Assembly: GCA_038043525.1 (NCBI GenBank)
Contig: JBBTBW010000002.1
Location: 57,315 to 121,314 of the forward strand
DNA from: Deltaproteobacteria bacterium
GTDB taxonomy: Bacteria > Desulfobacterota > GWC2-55-46
Length of the DNA stretch: 64,000 nt
Direction: 5' to 3'
Shown: piece after piece, positions 1 to 10,383 of the stretch
How the letters are laid out: each line of letters opens with the position of its first letter
Numbering within the stretch: the first letter of the stretch is position 1
Program-made: the position numbers and the translations under genes
The notes under the pieces: model-generated
The model's database searches: none
Told to the model about the DNA's origin: nothing
Seen by the model: only the letters and a program-made list of their open reading frames with translations

Positions 1-1
1 G

Positions 2-1207
2 AACATCATCATGATAGGGCCTACGGGCGTCGGAAAGACCGAGATATCCAGAAGGCTCGCGAAGCTCGCGCAGGCGCCTTTCATAAAGGTCGAGGCGAGC
101 AAGTTCACTGAGGTGGGCTACGTCGGAAGGGACGTTGAATCCATCATCAGGGATCTTACCGAGCTTTCCGTCAAGATGATAAAGGACGAAGAAAAGGCAA
201 GGGTCCGCGTAAAGGCCAGAGAGATGGCCGAAGAGAGGCTCCTTGACCACCTGCTTCCGCCTGCCACCGCGCCGATGCATCAGGCAACGGACCTTGATGC
301 CGTTGCAAGGGACAGGGAGCTTCAAAAGTCGACGAGGGAAAAGCTCAGGGGGCTTTTGAGAGAGGGCAAGCTGGACGAGAGGACCGTTGAGGTAGAGACC
401 TCCGAACAGCAGAAGATGCCCTCCATTGAGATACTCTCAGCCGGTGGTGTCGAAGAGATGGACATGAACCTCAAGGACATGTTCTCGAACATCTTCCCGA
501 AGAAGGCCAGGAAGCGCAAGGTGAAGGTCCCGGAGGCCCATGAGCTTCTTATTCAGGAGGAGACCGGGCGCCTCATCGACATGGACAGGGTCATGAAAGA
601 GGCTGTAGAGCGCGTCGAGCAATCCGGCATAGTCTTCATTGACGAGATCGACAAGATCGCGGGCCGCCAGGCAGGCACGACTCCAGATGTCTCAAGGGAA
701 GGCGTGCAGAGGGATCTCCTGCCGATAGTCGAAGGTTCCACCGTGAATACCAAGTACGGGATGGTCAAGACCGACCATATACTTTTCATAGCGTCAGGCG
801 CGTTCCATGTTGCCAAGCCGTCCGATCTGATCCCTGAGTTTCAGGGGAGGTTCCCGATAAGGGTGGAATTGGAACCGCTTGGAGAGTCTGACTTCGTGAG
901 GATACTGACAGAGCCCGAGAACGCTCTGCTGAAGCAGTACAAGGCGCTCCTTGAGACCGAGGGCATAGACGTATCATACACGGATGACGGGGTGAGCGAG
1001 ATAGCCTCGGTTGCGACGGTCGTGAACGAGAGGATGGAGAACATCGGGGCAAGGAGGCTCCATACCGTCATGGAGAGGGTCTTTGACGAGATATCCTTCG
1101 AGGCCCCTGACATGACGGAAAAAACGGTCGTGATAGACAGGGACTACGTCAGGAAGAGGCTCTCTGATATCGTGAAGGACGAGGACCTCTCCAGATATAT
1201 CCTGTAA
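2..1207 (+). CDS. hslU: ATP-dependent protease ATPase subunit HslU, 5' end cut by window edge
   Basis: Reading frame is open from the window start. Walker A GPTGVGKT is followed by [34 protein letters not shown]. The IFIDEIDKI Walker B and the C-terminal ...DEDLSRYIL are typical of HslU. Confidence 0.95.
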   Translation, partial: NIIMIGPTGVGKTEISRRLAKLAQAPFIKVEASKFTEVGYVGRDVESIIRDLTELSVKMIKDEEKARVRVKAREMAEERLLDHLLPPATAPMHQATDLDAVARDRELQKSTREKLRGLLREGKLDERTVEVETSEQQKMPSIEILSAGGVEEMDMNLKDMFSNIFPKKARKRKVKVPEAHELLIQEETGRLIDMDRVMKEAVERVEQSGIVFIDEIDKIAGRQAGTTPDVSREGVQRDLLPIVEGSTVNTKYGMVKTDHILFIASGAFHVAKPSDLIPEFQGRFPIRVELEPLGESDFVRILTEPENALLKQYKALLETEGIDVSYTDDGVSEIASVATVVNERMENIGARRLHTVMERVFDEISFEAPDMTEKTVVIDRDYVRKRLSDIVKDEDLSRYIL

Positions 1208-1286
1208 GCGCGCCTTCCAAAGGCCTTCATATCGATCGCCGCGGTGCCAGGGCGCCGCGGTATTTCAATTTCATGGAGCGTCATCG

Positions 1287-2168
1287 ATGCAGAAAAACAT
1301 AGAGAAGATAAGGACGCTCTTTGAGTCGCTTCCGTACATAAGGAAGTTCTACAACAAGACCATCGTCATAAAATACGGCGGCCACGCCATGGTCGAAGAA
1401 GACTTGAAGAGGAGCTTCGCAAGAGATATCGTGCTGATGAAGTACGTCGGCATAAACCCGGTGATAGTCCACGGTGGAGGCCCTCAGATAGGCGGACTCC
1501 TCGCCAGGCTCGGCAAGGAGTCGAGGTTCGTAAAAGGGATCAGGGTCACCGACGACGAGACGATGGACGTAGTCGAGATGGTCCTTGTCGGGAAGATTAA
1601 CAAGGAGATAGTCGGCCTGATAAACCATTACGGCGGCAGGGCAGTGGGCATAGGCGGCAAGGACGGAGGCCTGATCAAGGCAAAGAGGATGAAGATCAAA
1701 GGCGAGGAGATGGGCTTTGTCGGAGACATCGAGTCGATCGACCCGGCAGTCATACGGACGCTTGAGGCGGATAACTTCATCCCTGTCATAGCGCCAGTAG
1801 GCGGGGGCGACGAGGGGCTCAGCTACAACATAAACGCCGATACTGTCGCAGGCCGTGTGGCCTCGGCCTTGAAAGCCGAAAAGCTCATTCTTCTGACTGA
1901 TGTCCAGGGCGTACTTGACAAGAACAAGAAGCTCATCTCAACACTGAGCTTGTCCGCGGCGCGTAGCCTCATCACGAAAAAGGTCGCTGTAGGCGGCATG
2001 ATACCGAAGCTCCAGTGTTGCATGGAGGCCGTAGCTTCAGGGGTCTCTGCGGCGCATATAATCGACGGCCGCGTCGAGCACGCAGTCCTCCTCGAGGTCT
2101 TTACAGACGCCGGCGTAGGCACCGCCATCAGCCTCAAAGGCGATGGCGCCGTATCAGGCGTGAAGTGA
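1287..2168 (+). CDS. argB: acetylglutamate kinase
   Basis: Amino-acid kinase family pattern ([25 protein letters not shown]). GGAG lies about 9 nt upstream of the ATG. Confidence 0.95.
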   Translation: MQKNIEKIRTLFESLPYIRKFYNKTIVIKYGGHAMVEEDLKRSFARDIVLMKYVGINPVIVHGGGPQIGGLLARLGKESRFVKGIRVTDDETMDVVEMVLVGKINKEIVGLINHYGGRAVGIGGKDGGLIKAKRMKIKGEEMGFVGDIESIDPAVIRTLEADNFIPVIAPVGGGDEGLSYNINADTVAGRVASALKAEKLILLTDVQGVLDKNKKLISTLSLSAARSLITKKVAVGGMIPKLQCCMEAVASGVSAAHIIDGRVEHAVLLEVFTDAGVGTAISLKGDGAVSGVK

Positions 2169-2330
2169 CTTCAGCCGGCTTTTTTGCAGGCCGTCCGGCG
2201 AGGCGGATCTTTATCTGCTTCGCCGCATAGTACCGCCCGTATCCCCGGTTTCCATCGAATACGCGCTTCTGGCCCTTTGTCGGCAACTTGCCGCAGGTAC
2301 AGGCGAGCAGGTAGTTTAATTATATCTCGA

Positions 2331-3599
2331 ATGTCCAAGCGGCCTGCCGTCTTTATAGACCGCCTCGGATATTCAAAGGAAGATAGAGAGTTGACCAACA
2401 AAGAGATAGTAGAGCTCAACGCCGCGCACGTTGCCAATACATATGGCAGGTTCCCGATAGCCCTTGTAAGGGGCGCCGGGACAAGGGTCTGGGACGCTGA
2501 CGGCAGGCAGTATCTTGACTTCACGTCAGGCCTCGCCGTATGCAATCTCGGACACTGCCACCCGAAGGTCGTAGCGGCCTTGCAGGAACAGGCCGGGAAG
2601 CTCATACATGTATCGAACTTATATAATATCGAGCCGCAGGTCGTCCTTGCCGGACTGCTGACAGCCAATTCGTTCGCTGACAAGGTCTTTTTCTGCAACT
2701 CAGGGGCTGAGGCGAATGAGGCGGCGATAAAGCTCGCCAGAAAATACTTCTCATCAAAGAATGATGCTCGCTACCAGATAATCACGATGGAGAAGTCCTT
2801 CCACGGCAGAACACTCGGCGCTCTCGCGGCGACTGGCCAGAAGAAGTTCCATGCAGGGTTTGAGCCGCTCCTTGAGAAGTTCACATACGTCCCGTTTAAC
2901 GACGTAGAGGCCTTAAAGGCCGCAATAGGCCCTGAGACCGCAGCCGTGATGCTGGAGCCTATCCAGGGCGAGGGTGGTGTTAACGTGCCTTCCGCTGATT
3001 ACCTGAAGAAGGTAAGGGAGATATGCGACAAGGCCGGGGTGCTCCTTATATTCGACGAGGTGCAGGTCGGCATGGGCAGGACCGGGACTCTCTTTGCTTA
3101 TGAGAACTACGGGGCAACACCTGATATAATGACGCTCGCAAAGGGACTCGCAGGCGGGGTTGCAATAGGCGCGATGTGCGCTACTGACTCTGTGTCCGCG
3201 GCTTTTGTGCCAGGAGCGCACGCATCGACCTTCGGCGGAAATCCTCTCGCGACTGCCGCCGGGTCTGCCGCGCTGAAGGCTATCCTTGATGAAGGCGTCC
3301 TTGAAAACTGCCGCGCCTCAGGGGCGTATCTTGTAGAGAGGCTCTCAGGGCTCAAGGCCTCATATCCGTTTATCAAGGATATAAGGGGCAAGGGGCTTAT
3401 CATAGGGTTAGAGCTGGGCTCAGAGCTTAAAGATGGCGCCAAGGCTGGTGATATTGTAAGGGAGGCCCTTTCCAAGGGGCTTCTTCTCAACGCCGTAGGA
3501 GACAAGATACTTCGTTTCATCCCTGCCCTTATCGTGACAAAGGCGGAGATAGACGAGATGATAGAGATACTCGAAGGGATTTTCTCAGGGATCAGATGA
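2331..3599 (+). CDS. argD: acetylornithine aminotransferase (class III PLP aminotransferase)
   Basis: Motifs LIFDEVQVGMGRTG, TLAKGLAGG (PLP Lys region) and STFGGNPLA. The ORF-track start at 2184 adds an Arg/Ser-rich non-homologous extension. ATG 2331 or the in-frame TTG 2391 (preceded by AAGGAAG) is the likely start. Confidence 0.9.
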   Translation: MSKRPAVFIDRLGYSKEDRELTNKEIVELNAAHVANTYGRFPIALVRGAGTRVWDADGRQYLDFTSGLAVCNLGHCHPKVVAALQEQAGKLIHVSNLYNIEPQVVLAGLLTANSFADKVFFCNSGAEANEAAIKLARKYFSSKNDARYQIITMEKSFHGRTLGALAATGQKKFHAGFEPLLEKFTYVPFNDVEALKAAIGPETAAVMLEPIQGEGGVNVPSADYLKKVREICDKAGVLLIFDEVQVGMGRTGTLFAYENYGATPDIMTLAKGLAGGVAIGAMCATDSVSAAFVPGAHASTFGGNPLATAAGSAALKAILDEGVLENCRASGAYLVERLSGLKASYPFIKDIRGKGLIIGLELGSELKDGAKAGDIVREALSKGLLLNAVGDKILRFIPALIVTKAEIDEMIEILEGIFSGIR

Positions 3600-3701
3600 C
3601 CTCCTGGCCTCTGGTGTGACATCGCCTTTTGAACGTTATTATAGAATGCGAGCCGCTCTCATAACGGCTGGCATTACAAATCAACCCTCTACGGAGAACA
3701 G

Positions 3702-4613
3702 ATGCATCTTCTGACTATTGCAGACATTTCAAAGGCGGAGATAGACGGGCTTCTCAAGAGGGCCGTAAATCTCAAGATAAGACACAAGAAGGGGATACCG
3801 CATAATCCGCTTCGCGGAAAGACGCTCGGGTTGATATTCGAGAAGTCTTCTACAAGGACACGTGTCTCTTTCGAGACAGCGATGTACCATCTCGGCGGCG
3901 ACGCTATCTTCATAAGCCACCGTGACTCGCAGGTCGGCCGCGGAGAGCCGATAAAGGACACCGCAAGGGTGATGTCGAGGTACGTCGACGCGATCGTCAT
4001 AAGGACTTTCGGCCACCAGATCATCGACGAGTACGCGGCGTACTCGTCTGTCCCTGTCATAAATGGCCTTACGGATTCGCATCACCCGTGTCAGGTGCTA
4101 GCCGACATACTGACGGTAGTCGAGAAGAAGGGGACTTACGAGGGGATGAAGGTCTGCTGGATAGGAGACGGAAACAACATGGCCAACTCGTGGATCGAGG
4201 CCGCCTCCATCCTCGGTTTCCCTCTGACGCTCGCCTGCCCGGAGGGCTACAGGCCTGAAGAGAAGATGATAGAGGCCGCGAAGGCGCATAAAAACATCCG
4301 TATTACCGAAAGCGTTGAAGAGGCGGCAACCGGCGCTGACGTGCTCAATACGGACGTCTGGGCTTCGATGGGGCAGGAAGACGAAGCCCTGAAGAGGCAG
4401 AAGGCCTTTGCAGGCTATCAGATAAACGGCAAGATACTATCGTTAGCGAAGAAAGACGCTATGGTGCTCCACTGTCTGCCTGCCCACAGGGGCGAGGAGA
4501 TAACGGAAGAGGTGCTTGAAGGGCCTAATTCAGCGGTCTGGAACCAGGCAGAGAACAGGCTTCATATACAGAAGGCAATACTTGAGTGGTTGCTTGTTGA
4601 TTGCGCGAGATAG
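3702..4613 (+). CDS. argF: ornithine carbamoyltransferase
   Basis: Motifs STRTR, HPCQ and HCLPAHRGEE. GGAGAA RBS. Confidence 0.95.
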   Translation: MHLLTIADISKAEIDGLLKRAVNLKIRHKKGIPHNPLRGKTLGLIFEKSSTRTRVSFETAMYHLGGDAIFISHRDSQVGRGEPIKDTARVMSRYVDAIVIRTFGHQIIDEYAAYSSVPVINGLTDSHHPCQVLADILTVVEKKGTYEGMKVCWIGDGNNMANSWIEAASILGFPLTLACPEGYRPEEKMIEAAKAHKNIRITESVEEAATGADVLNTDVWASMGQEDEALKRQKAFAGYQINGKILSLAKKDAMVLHCLPAHRGEEITEEVLEGPNSAVWNQAENRLHIQKAILEWLLVDCAR

Positions 4614-4646
4614 GATAAAGATAATGGAAAAGGAGATTGTCTGACG

Positions 4647-5867
4647 ATGGGTAAAGACGTTAAGAAGGTCGTACTCGCTTATTCGGGCGGGCTTGATACC
4701 TCGGTCATCATGAGATGGCTTATCGAGAACTACGGTTGCGAGGTGATAGCTTTCTCAGCCGACATAGGCCAGGGATCTGTCGAGATCGATGAGATAAAGA
4801 AAAAGGCTTTGAAGACAGGAGCTAAGAAGGTCTTCATCAAGGACCTCAGAGAGGAGTTCGCCTCTGACTTCGTATTCCCGATGCTCAGGGCCGCATGCGT
4901 ATACGAGGGGACGTATCTTCTTGGAACTTCCATTGCGAGGCCGCTTATCGCTAAGGCGCAGATGGAGATAGCCCTTAAAGAGAAGGCCGATGCGGTATCT
5001 CACGGCGCTACAGGCAAGGGCAACGATCAGGTAAGGTTCGAGCTTGCGTATTATTCCATGAACCCTCATATCAAGGTCATCGCGCCGTGGAGGGAGTGGG
5101 ACATGAAGGGCAGGGCCGATCTTGTCAGGTACGCCGAGAAGCACGGCATCCCGGTCCCTGTCACGAAGGCAAAGCCGTACAGCTCGGATAGGAACCTCTT
5201 CCATATAAGTTTCGAAGGCGGCGTACTCGAAGACCCGTGGACCGAGGCCCCTGATGATATGTATATGCTGACAAAGTCTCCTGAGAAGGCGCCTAACAGG
5301 GCGACTTATGTCGAGATCGGTTTCAGCGGCGGCAACCCTGTATCGCTTGACGGAAAGAAGATGTCTCCGGCTCGTCTCATCGAGCGGCTAAACGAGATGG
5401 GCGGAGAAAACGGCATAGGCAGGGTCGACATGGTCGAGAGCCGCTACGTCGGGATGAAGTCGAGGGGCGTCTACGAGACCCCTGGCGGGACGATACTCCA
5501 CGGCGCGAGAAGGGCTGTTGAGTCTCTTACTATGGACAGAGAGCTCCTCCATCTGCGTGATTCGATGAGCCAGCGCTACGCCGACCTGGTTTATAACGGC
5601 TACTGGTTCTCTCCTGAGAGAAAGGCCCTGCAAACGCTCATGGACGATGCTACGTCAGGGGTCATGGGTGTCGCCCGCATGAAGCTCTACAAGGGGAGCG
5701 TAGCGGTAGCCGGAAGGAAGTCGGAGAACTCGCTCTATCATCCGGATTTCGCGACCTTTGAGGAAGATACGGTCTATGATCAGAAGGACGCCGAAGGGTT
5801 CATAAAGATAAACGCTCTGAGGCTCAAGATAAAGTCGATGGTCGACAAGGCCGCGAAGAAGCGGTAA
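4647..5867 (+). CDS. argG: argininosuccinate synthase
   Basis: N-type ATP-PPase motif AYSGGLDTS, and full-length similarity pattern to ArgG. AGGAG RBS. Confidence 0.95.
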   Translation: MGKDVKKVVLAYSGGLDTSVIMRWLIENYGCEVIAFSADIGQGSVEIDEIKKKALKTGAKKVFIKDLREEFASDFVFPMLRAACVYEGTYLLGTSIARPLIAKAQMEIALKEKADAVSHGATGKGNDQVRFELAYYSMNPHIKVIAPWREWDMKGRADLVRYAEKHGIPVPVTKAKPYSSDRNLFHISFEGGVLEDPWTEAPDDMYMLTKSPEKAPNRATYVEIGFSGGNPVSLDGKKMSPARLIERLNEMGGENGIGRVDMVESRYVGMKSRGVYETPGGTILHGARRAVESLTMDRELLHLRDSMSQRYADLVYNGYWFSPERKALQTLMDDATSGVMGVARMKLYKGSVAVAGRKSENSLYHPDFATFEEDTVYDQKDAEGFIKINALRLKIKSMVDKAAKKR

Positions 5868-5897
5868 TGAAGCATCATAAAACAGGAGAGTGACCCA

Positions 5898-6707
5898 TTG
5901 AAGTTCTGCAGGTTTAACGACGACGACGGCAACCCGGTCTACGGGGTGCTCGAAGATACGGTCATATACGAGATCAACGACAGCCCGTTTGCTTCTTACG
6001 AGGGCGTTGCAATCAGAAAAACGAGCCAGAGATGGCGCCTTGAGGATGTTAAACTCCTAGCTCCCTGCACCCCTTCGAAGATCGTCGCCATAGGGCTCAA
6101 CTACAAGGCCCATGCGCTGGAGTTCGGAAAGCCGCTGCCTGAGGAGCCGCTGCTCTTTATGAAGCCTTCCACGGCTGTTATCGGCCCGAATGATTCGATA
6201 GTATACCCGACGCACATGTCGCACAGGGTCGATTACGAGGGCGAGCTTGCGATAGTCATCGGAAAGACTACGAAAGAGGTCTCGCCGGAAACAGCGAAGG
6301 AGCATATACTCGGCTATACGTGCTTCAACGACGTAACAGCAAGGGACCTTCAGGGCAAAGACATCCAGTATACAAGGGCCAAGGGGTTTGACACCTTCGC
6401 GTGTGTCGGCCCGTGCATCGTGACCGACATAGACCCGCTTGACGTGAGGATCGAGACTTACCTTGACGGCGAAAAAAAGCAGGATACATCCACGAAGGAC
6501 ATGATATTCAACGTCTACGATATAGTAAGCTTCGTATCCCACGTAATGACGCTTCTGCCTGGCGATATAATCGCCACAGGCACCCCTTCAGGCATAGGGA
6601 AGATGAAGCCGGGCTCCACGGTCGAGGTGCGCATCGCCGGGATAGGTTCTCTCATCAATAATGTTGTCGAGGGCAAAGTGCAAAAAAGGCTCTGGACTGG
6701 GGCCTAG
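5898..6707 (+). CDS. fumarylacetoacetate hydrolase (FAH) family protein
   Basis: FAH C-terminal domain pattern ([35 protein letters not shown]). TTG start sits 8 nt after AGGAGAG. Confidence 0.85.
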   Translation: MKFCRFNDDDGNPVYGVLEDTVIYEINDSPFASYEGVAIRKTSQRWRLEDVKLLAPCTPSKIVAIGLNYKAHALEFGKPLPEEPLLFMKPSTAVIGPNDSIVYPTHMSHRVDYEGELAIVIGKTTKEVSPETAKEHILGYTCFNDVTARDLQGKDIQYTRAKGFDTFACVGPCIVTDIDPLDVRIETYLDGEKKQDTSTKDMIFNVYDIVSFVSHVMTLLPGDIIATGTPSGIGKMKPGSTVEVRIAGIGSLINNVVEGKVQKRLWTGA

Positions 6708-6781
6708 TATCTGTTGTATCATAAAAGGCTCTTTCAGGATGGCAAGAGACAGCCTAGATACAGCAAGGAGGACACATAAAG

Positions 6782-8020
6782 ATGCACGAGGATTACATTC
6801 AGGGGCTTATTGCCGAAAGGATAGGCGGTAGCGGTTTCGGCAAGGGCACCAAAATATACAAGTTCGAGAAGATAAAGAGGGCGAAGGCAGAGGCGAAGAG
6901 GCTTTCCCCCAATACGGAGCTTCTCGACTTCGGGGTCGGCGAGCCGGACGAGATGGCGTATCCGCTCGTAGTAGAGGCCCTGCGCCACGAGTGCGCGAAA
7001 CCCGAGAACAGGGGTTACGCTGATAACGGGATATTCGAGCTGAAAGAGGCCGCCGCGCGCTACCTTGAGAGGGTCTACGGCGTTGGCAACATAGACCCGG
7101 CTAAAGAGGTTATCCACTCAATAGGCTCAAAGCCTGCGCTCGCCATGATACCTGACGCGTTCATCAACGAGGGAGACGGGGTCCTTATGACCGTGCCCGG
7201 ATACCCTGTGCTGGCGACTCATACCGAGTGGCACAAGGGGCGCGTCGTAAACCTTCCGCTTAAGGAAGAAAACGGGTTCCTCCCTGACCTCGATGTCCTG
7301 ACTGATAAGGACCTTAAGGGCGTAAAACTCCTGTATCTCAACTATCCGAATAACCCGACAGGGGCTACTGCCACTACGGAGTTTTTTGAGAAGGTCGTAG
7401 CCTTCGCGAAAAAGCACAAGATCATCGTCATCCATGACGCGGCCTACGCCGCGCTGTCATACGAACCCAAGCCTCTCAGTTTTCTCTCTGTAGAGGGCGC
7501 GAAGGACGTAGGCGTTGAGATACATTCTTTTTCCAAGGCGTTTAACATGACTGGCTGGAGGCTAGCCTTTGTAGCAGGCAACGAAAAGGTCGTAAGCGCC
7601 TTCGCCCATGTGAAGGACAACTACGATTCAGGTCAGTTCATAGCCATACAGAAGGCCGGTGTCTACGCCCTCGACCACACCGAGATAACCGAGAAGATCT
7701 CAGCGAAGTACAAGAGAAGGCTCAAGCTCATGGTCGACGCCCTTACCGAATGCGGTTTTTCCGCGGCTATTCCCAAGGGTTCGTTCTACCTCTACGTCAA
7801 GGCGCCCAGGAAGGCGAGGAAGGCTGTAGTTGTATTCAAATCTGCCGAAGACGTATCTGAGTTCCTGATAAAAGAGGCCCATATCTCTACCGTTCCGTGG
7901 GACGACGTAGGCCAGTACCTGAGGTTCTCGGCGACTTTCATAGCCAAGGACAAGGAAGAGGAGTACAGGGTAGTCGAAGAGATGCAAAAGCGGATCAGGG
8001 CCCTGGATTTCGAGTTCTGA
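6782..8020 (+). CDS. class I/II PLP aminotransferase, LL-diaminopimelate-aminotransferase-like
   Basis: Motifs NYPNNPTG and SFSKAFNMTGWRLAF (PLP-Lys motif). The N-terminal YKFEKIKRAK...DFGVGEPD pattern is as seen in DapL-annotated enzymes. AGGAGG RBS. Confidence 0.8.
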   Translation: MHEDYIQGLIAERIGGSGFGKGTKIYKFEKIKRAKAEAKRLSPNTELLDFGVGEPDEMAYPLVVEALRHECAKPENRGYADNGIFELKEAAARYLERVYGVGNIDPAKEVIHSIGSKPALAMIPDAFINEGDGVLMTVPGYPVLATHTEWHKGRVVNLPLKEENGFLPDLDVLTDKDLKGVKLLYLNYPNNPTGATATTEFFEKVVAFAKKHKIIVIHDAAYAALSYEPKPLSFLSVEGAKDVGVEIHSFSKAFNMTGWRLAFVAGNEKVVSAFAHVKDNYDSGQFIAIQKAGVYALDHTEITEKISAKYKRRLKLMVDALTECGFSAAIPKGSFYLYVKAPRKARKAVVVFKSAEDVSEFLIKEAHISTVPWDDVGQYLRFSATFIAKDKEEEYRVVEEMQKRIRALDFEF

Positions 8021-8204
8021 CGCAAGGCTTAAAAGCCGGCAGTGCCTGGGTCGTTTTATCCGGCGCTGTCAGGCTTATGCGGCAGTAGCGCCGCAACTCC
8101 ATGACCGTGTCTGATAACGGCAGTATCTTTTCTGTATATCAACGGGGCTTGAATCACCTGATGCGTTAAGACGGCGGTTCGGCCTCGTTTTGTATTTGAG
8201 GGTT

Positions 8205-8714
8205 ATGGCAAGGGTCTTTATAGGCATAGGGTCAAACGCAGGCGACAGGGCTGGTAACTGCTTGGGCGCGCTAGAGCGCATCAGATCGGTCGCAGGCACA
8301 CAGGTCGTCAGGGTAAGCTCTCTATACGAGACCGAGCCGTGGGGCATGACCGATCAGCCGGGGTTTATAAACGCCGTAGCCGAGATCGAGACTACCCTTT
8401 TACCTGAGCGGTTTTTAGCATCTTTGAAGTCGATCGAGGATTTAATGGGGCGGGTTGTCACTGAAAAGTGGGGTCCCAGGCTGATAGACCTTGATATATT
8501 ATTTTATGACGATCTTATACTTAAAGGTCAGGACCTCAGCATTCCGCACAACCATCTCCATGAGAGGGCCTTTGTCCTTGTCCCTCTATCAGAGATAGCC
8601 CCGGGGCTTGTTCATCCAGTCCTTGGAAAGAGTGTTGCCGTGCTTTTAGATGCAATCGGCCGGGACGGGGTAAAACTATACAGGCAGTATAGGTCATACA
8701 GGAAAGACGATTGA
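8205..8714 (+). CDS. folK: 2-amino-4-hydroxy-6-hydroxymethyldihydropteridine pyrophosphokinase
   Basis: Motifs IGIGSNAGDR, YETEPWG, RLIDLDIL and ERAFVLVPL. ATG 8205 after GAGGG is preferred over the track's TTG at 8190. Confidence 0.9.
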   Translation: MARVFIGIGSNAGDRAGNCLGALERIRSVAGTQVVRVSSLYETEPWGMTDQPGFINAVAEIETTLLPERFLASLKSIEDLMGRVVTEKWGPRLIDLDILFYDDLILKGQDLSIPHNHLHERAFVLVPLSEIAPGLVHPVLGKSVAVLLDAIGRDGVKLYRQYRSYRKDD

Positions 8715-9028
8715 AGCCTGTCATCATAATCCTCATAATATTTTTTACTGTAAGATACCTTAGAAAGCGCATCTCTCCGGGTGCCTCTGATAAGGGCAAG
8801 GCGTCTGTTAAGGGCGCAAGAACCCGGTCTGCGGCCGGTGAGCCGGGTCCAAGGCAGAGCCAAAGGCGTGGTAGCGGCGAGGACGAAGAGATGGTCTTGG
8901 ACCCAGTGTGTAAGAGCTATGTGCCGATAAATTCAGCTCTAAGGCTTGATGTTGATGGTCAGACTGAATATTTTTGCTCGCCAGAGTGCGCTAAAAGGTT
9001 CTCGTCATCCGCCTCGCCTCTGGAATAG
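8711..9028 (+). CDS. small membrane-anchored protein with a C-terminal YHS/TRASH-like Cys motif
   Basis: N-terminal hydrophobic helix (KPVIIILIIFFTV), a basic linker, then DPVCKSYVP...YFCSPECAKRF, which matches the YHS pattern DPVC...YFCS..C..F. The TTG start overlaps the folK stop. Confidence 0.55.
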   Translation: MKPVIIILIIFFTVRYLRKRISPGASDKGKASVKGARTRSAAGEPGPRQSQRRGSGEDEEMVLDPVCKSYVPINSALRLDVDGQTEYFCSPECAKRFSSSASPLE

Positions 9029-9046
9029 TGCTGATGTTTCTTAAGG

Positions 9047-9090
9047 CCTCTCTTTCTTCCTGTTACGGTCGGATCGAGAGGGTTTTTTTT
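9047..9090 (+). terminator. weak candidate intrinsic terminator after the YHS-protein gene
   Basis: CCTCTC (9047-9052) pairs with GAGAGG (9076-9081), followed by T8 (9083-9090). The stem is only 6 bp and the loop is long. Confidence 0.35.
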
Positions 9091-9114
9091 GCCGATAAGA
9101 GAGGAGAAATTCAG

Positions 9115-9143
9115 TTGACGCGGCTGACATAGATTGCTATTGT
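9115..9143 (+). promoter_or_regulatory. candidate sigma-70 promoter for the aldolase/ADH pair
   Basis: TTGACG (9115-9120), 17-nt spacer, TATTGT (9138-9143). It would give a ~275-nt leader. Confidence 0.35.
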
Positions 9144-9423
9144 GTCTAAATAGCTGTTTTTAGGGCGGTTTCCAACGGTTTATGAGTGCGGGCTTTTTAC
9201 ATCTGGGCAGCTATTCCGGGCGTAAGTTGATATCCGGCGGATAACGCATACGACTTAAGTCCGTTTTGAAAGGCCGATATAAGGGACTGTCGAGCCTGAT
9301 CTGCTCATAGTCTTTTGATGTCTCCTGGTCAGTTGTCAGGGATTTCGTTATCTGCCTGCAACAGAGCCGCAAACGTCGATCTTAATTTCAGTCTGTCATA
9401 CAAAAATTCAAGGAGGATTTTAT

Positions 9424-10224
9424 ATGGATTGGGGGATGAAAAACCGTCTTTCTAAGATTATCAGGCCTGCGACAGGCCGCACCGTGATGCTCGCCGTAGA
9501 CCACGGATATTTTCTCGGGCCTACTACAGGGCTTGAACAGCCGGGTAAGACCATAGCGCCGCTTATCCCTTACGCAGATACCTTGATGCTGACAAGGGGC
9601 GTATTGAGGTCTTGCGTCGACCCCGGGGTAGATGTGCCGATAGTGCTTCGCGTTTCAGGCGGAACGAGCATACTCGGGAACCTCGCCGACGAGGGCACGA
9701 CGGTCTCTATGAAAGACGCCTTGAGGCTCAACGTCGCGGGTGTTGCGATGTCTATTTTTGTCGGCTCGGAGCTTGAGAGAAAGACCCTTCTGGCGCTCGC
9801 CGATCTGATCAGCGAGGCTCAAGAATACGGAGTGCCGGTACTTGCGGTTACAGCCGTAGGCAAGGAGATGGTCCGCGACGCGCGTTACCTGGGCCTTGCC
9901 TGCAGGATAGCGGCCGAGCTCGGGGCGGACGTGGTAAAGACCTACTACTGCGACGACTTTGAGAAGGTAGTGAGGAACTGCCCGGTACCGATCGTCATAG
10001 CCGGAGGCAAGAAGATCCCTGAGAAGGAAGCGCTCGAACTCTCGTATAACGCCATCCAGAGGGGTGCTGTAGGGGTTGACATGGGCAGGAATATCTTCCA
10101 GTCGGCTTCTCCTGTAGCGATGATACGCACGGTCAGCGAGATAGTCCACAAGGACCTCTCCTTAGAGAAGGCCTACTCGATGTTCGAAGCACTCTCAAGA
10201 GAGAGCCAGCCTGTATTCGCCTGA
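9424..10224 (+). CDS. class I aldolase of the DhnA / LsrF / ADH-synthase (DeoC/LacD superfamily) type
   Basis: Motifs VMLAVDHG, ELGADVVKTYY (Schiff-base Lys region), IAGG and VDMGRNIFQ. AGGAGG RBS 7 nt upstream. Confidence 0.85.
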   Translation: MDWGMKNRLSKIIRPATGRTVMLAVDHGYFLGPTTGLEQPGKTIAPLIPYADTLMLTRGVLRSCVDPGVDVPIVLRVSGGTSILGNLADEGTTVSMKDALRLNVAGVAMSIFVGSELERKTLLALADLISEAQEYGVPVLAVTAVGKEMVRDARYLGLACRIAAELGADVVKTYYCDDFEKVVRNCPVPIVIAGGKKIPEKEALELSYNAIQRGAVGVDMGRNIFQSASPVAMIRTVSEIVHKDLSLEKAYSMFEALSRESQPVFA

Positions 10225-10383
10225 GGCATCCTTAGCAGGCCCTTGCGAGCTGTTCGCGGTATTTATCATGACGAGCGCTCTATCGGTCCGTCTCGGATCT
10301 GATAGGCGTACGTCTCTTTGAAAATGCGGCAGGCAGGTTTTATATGGATGCTGCCGCTGAAATAAAACTATGGGGGACTCAGT

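Noticed and set aside
2184-2330. N-terminal 49-aa extension of ArgD in the ORF track.
   Set aside because: The extension is Arg/Ser-rich, has no similarity to aminotransferase N-termini, and overlaps the argB terminator-like region. The ATG at 2331 or TTG at 2391 fits.
9424-10224. Idea that the aldolase is AroA' of an archaeal-type alternative shikimate entry pathway.
   Set aside because: A canonical type I dehydroquinate synthase (aroB) is present in the same window. Family membership alone cannot assign the AroA' function, so it is kept only as a low-interest open question.
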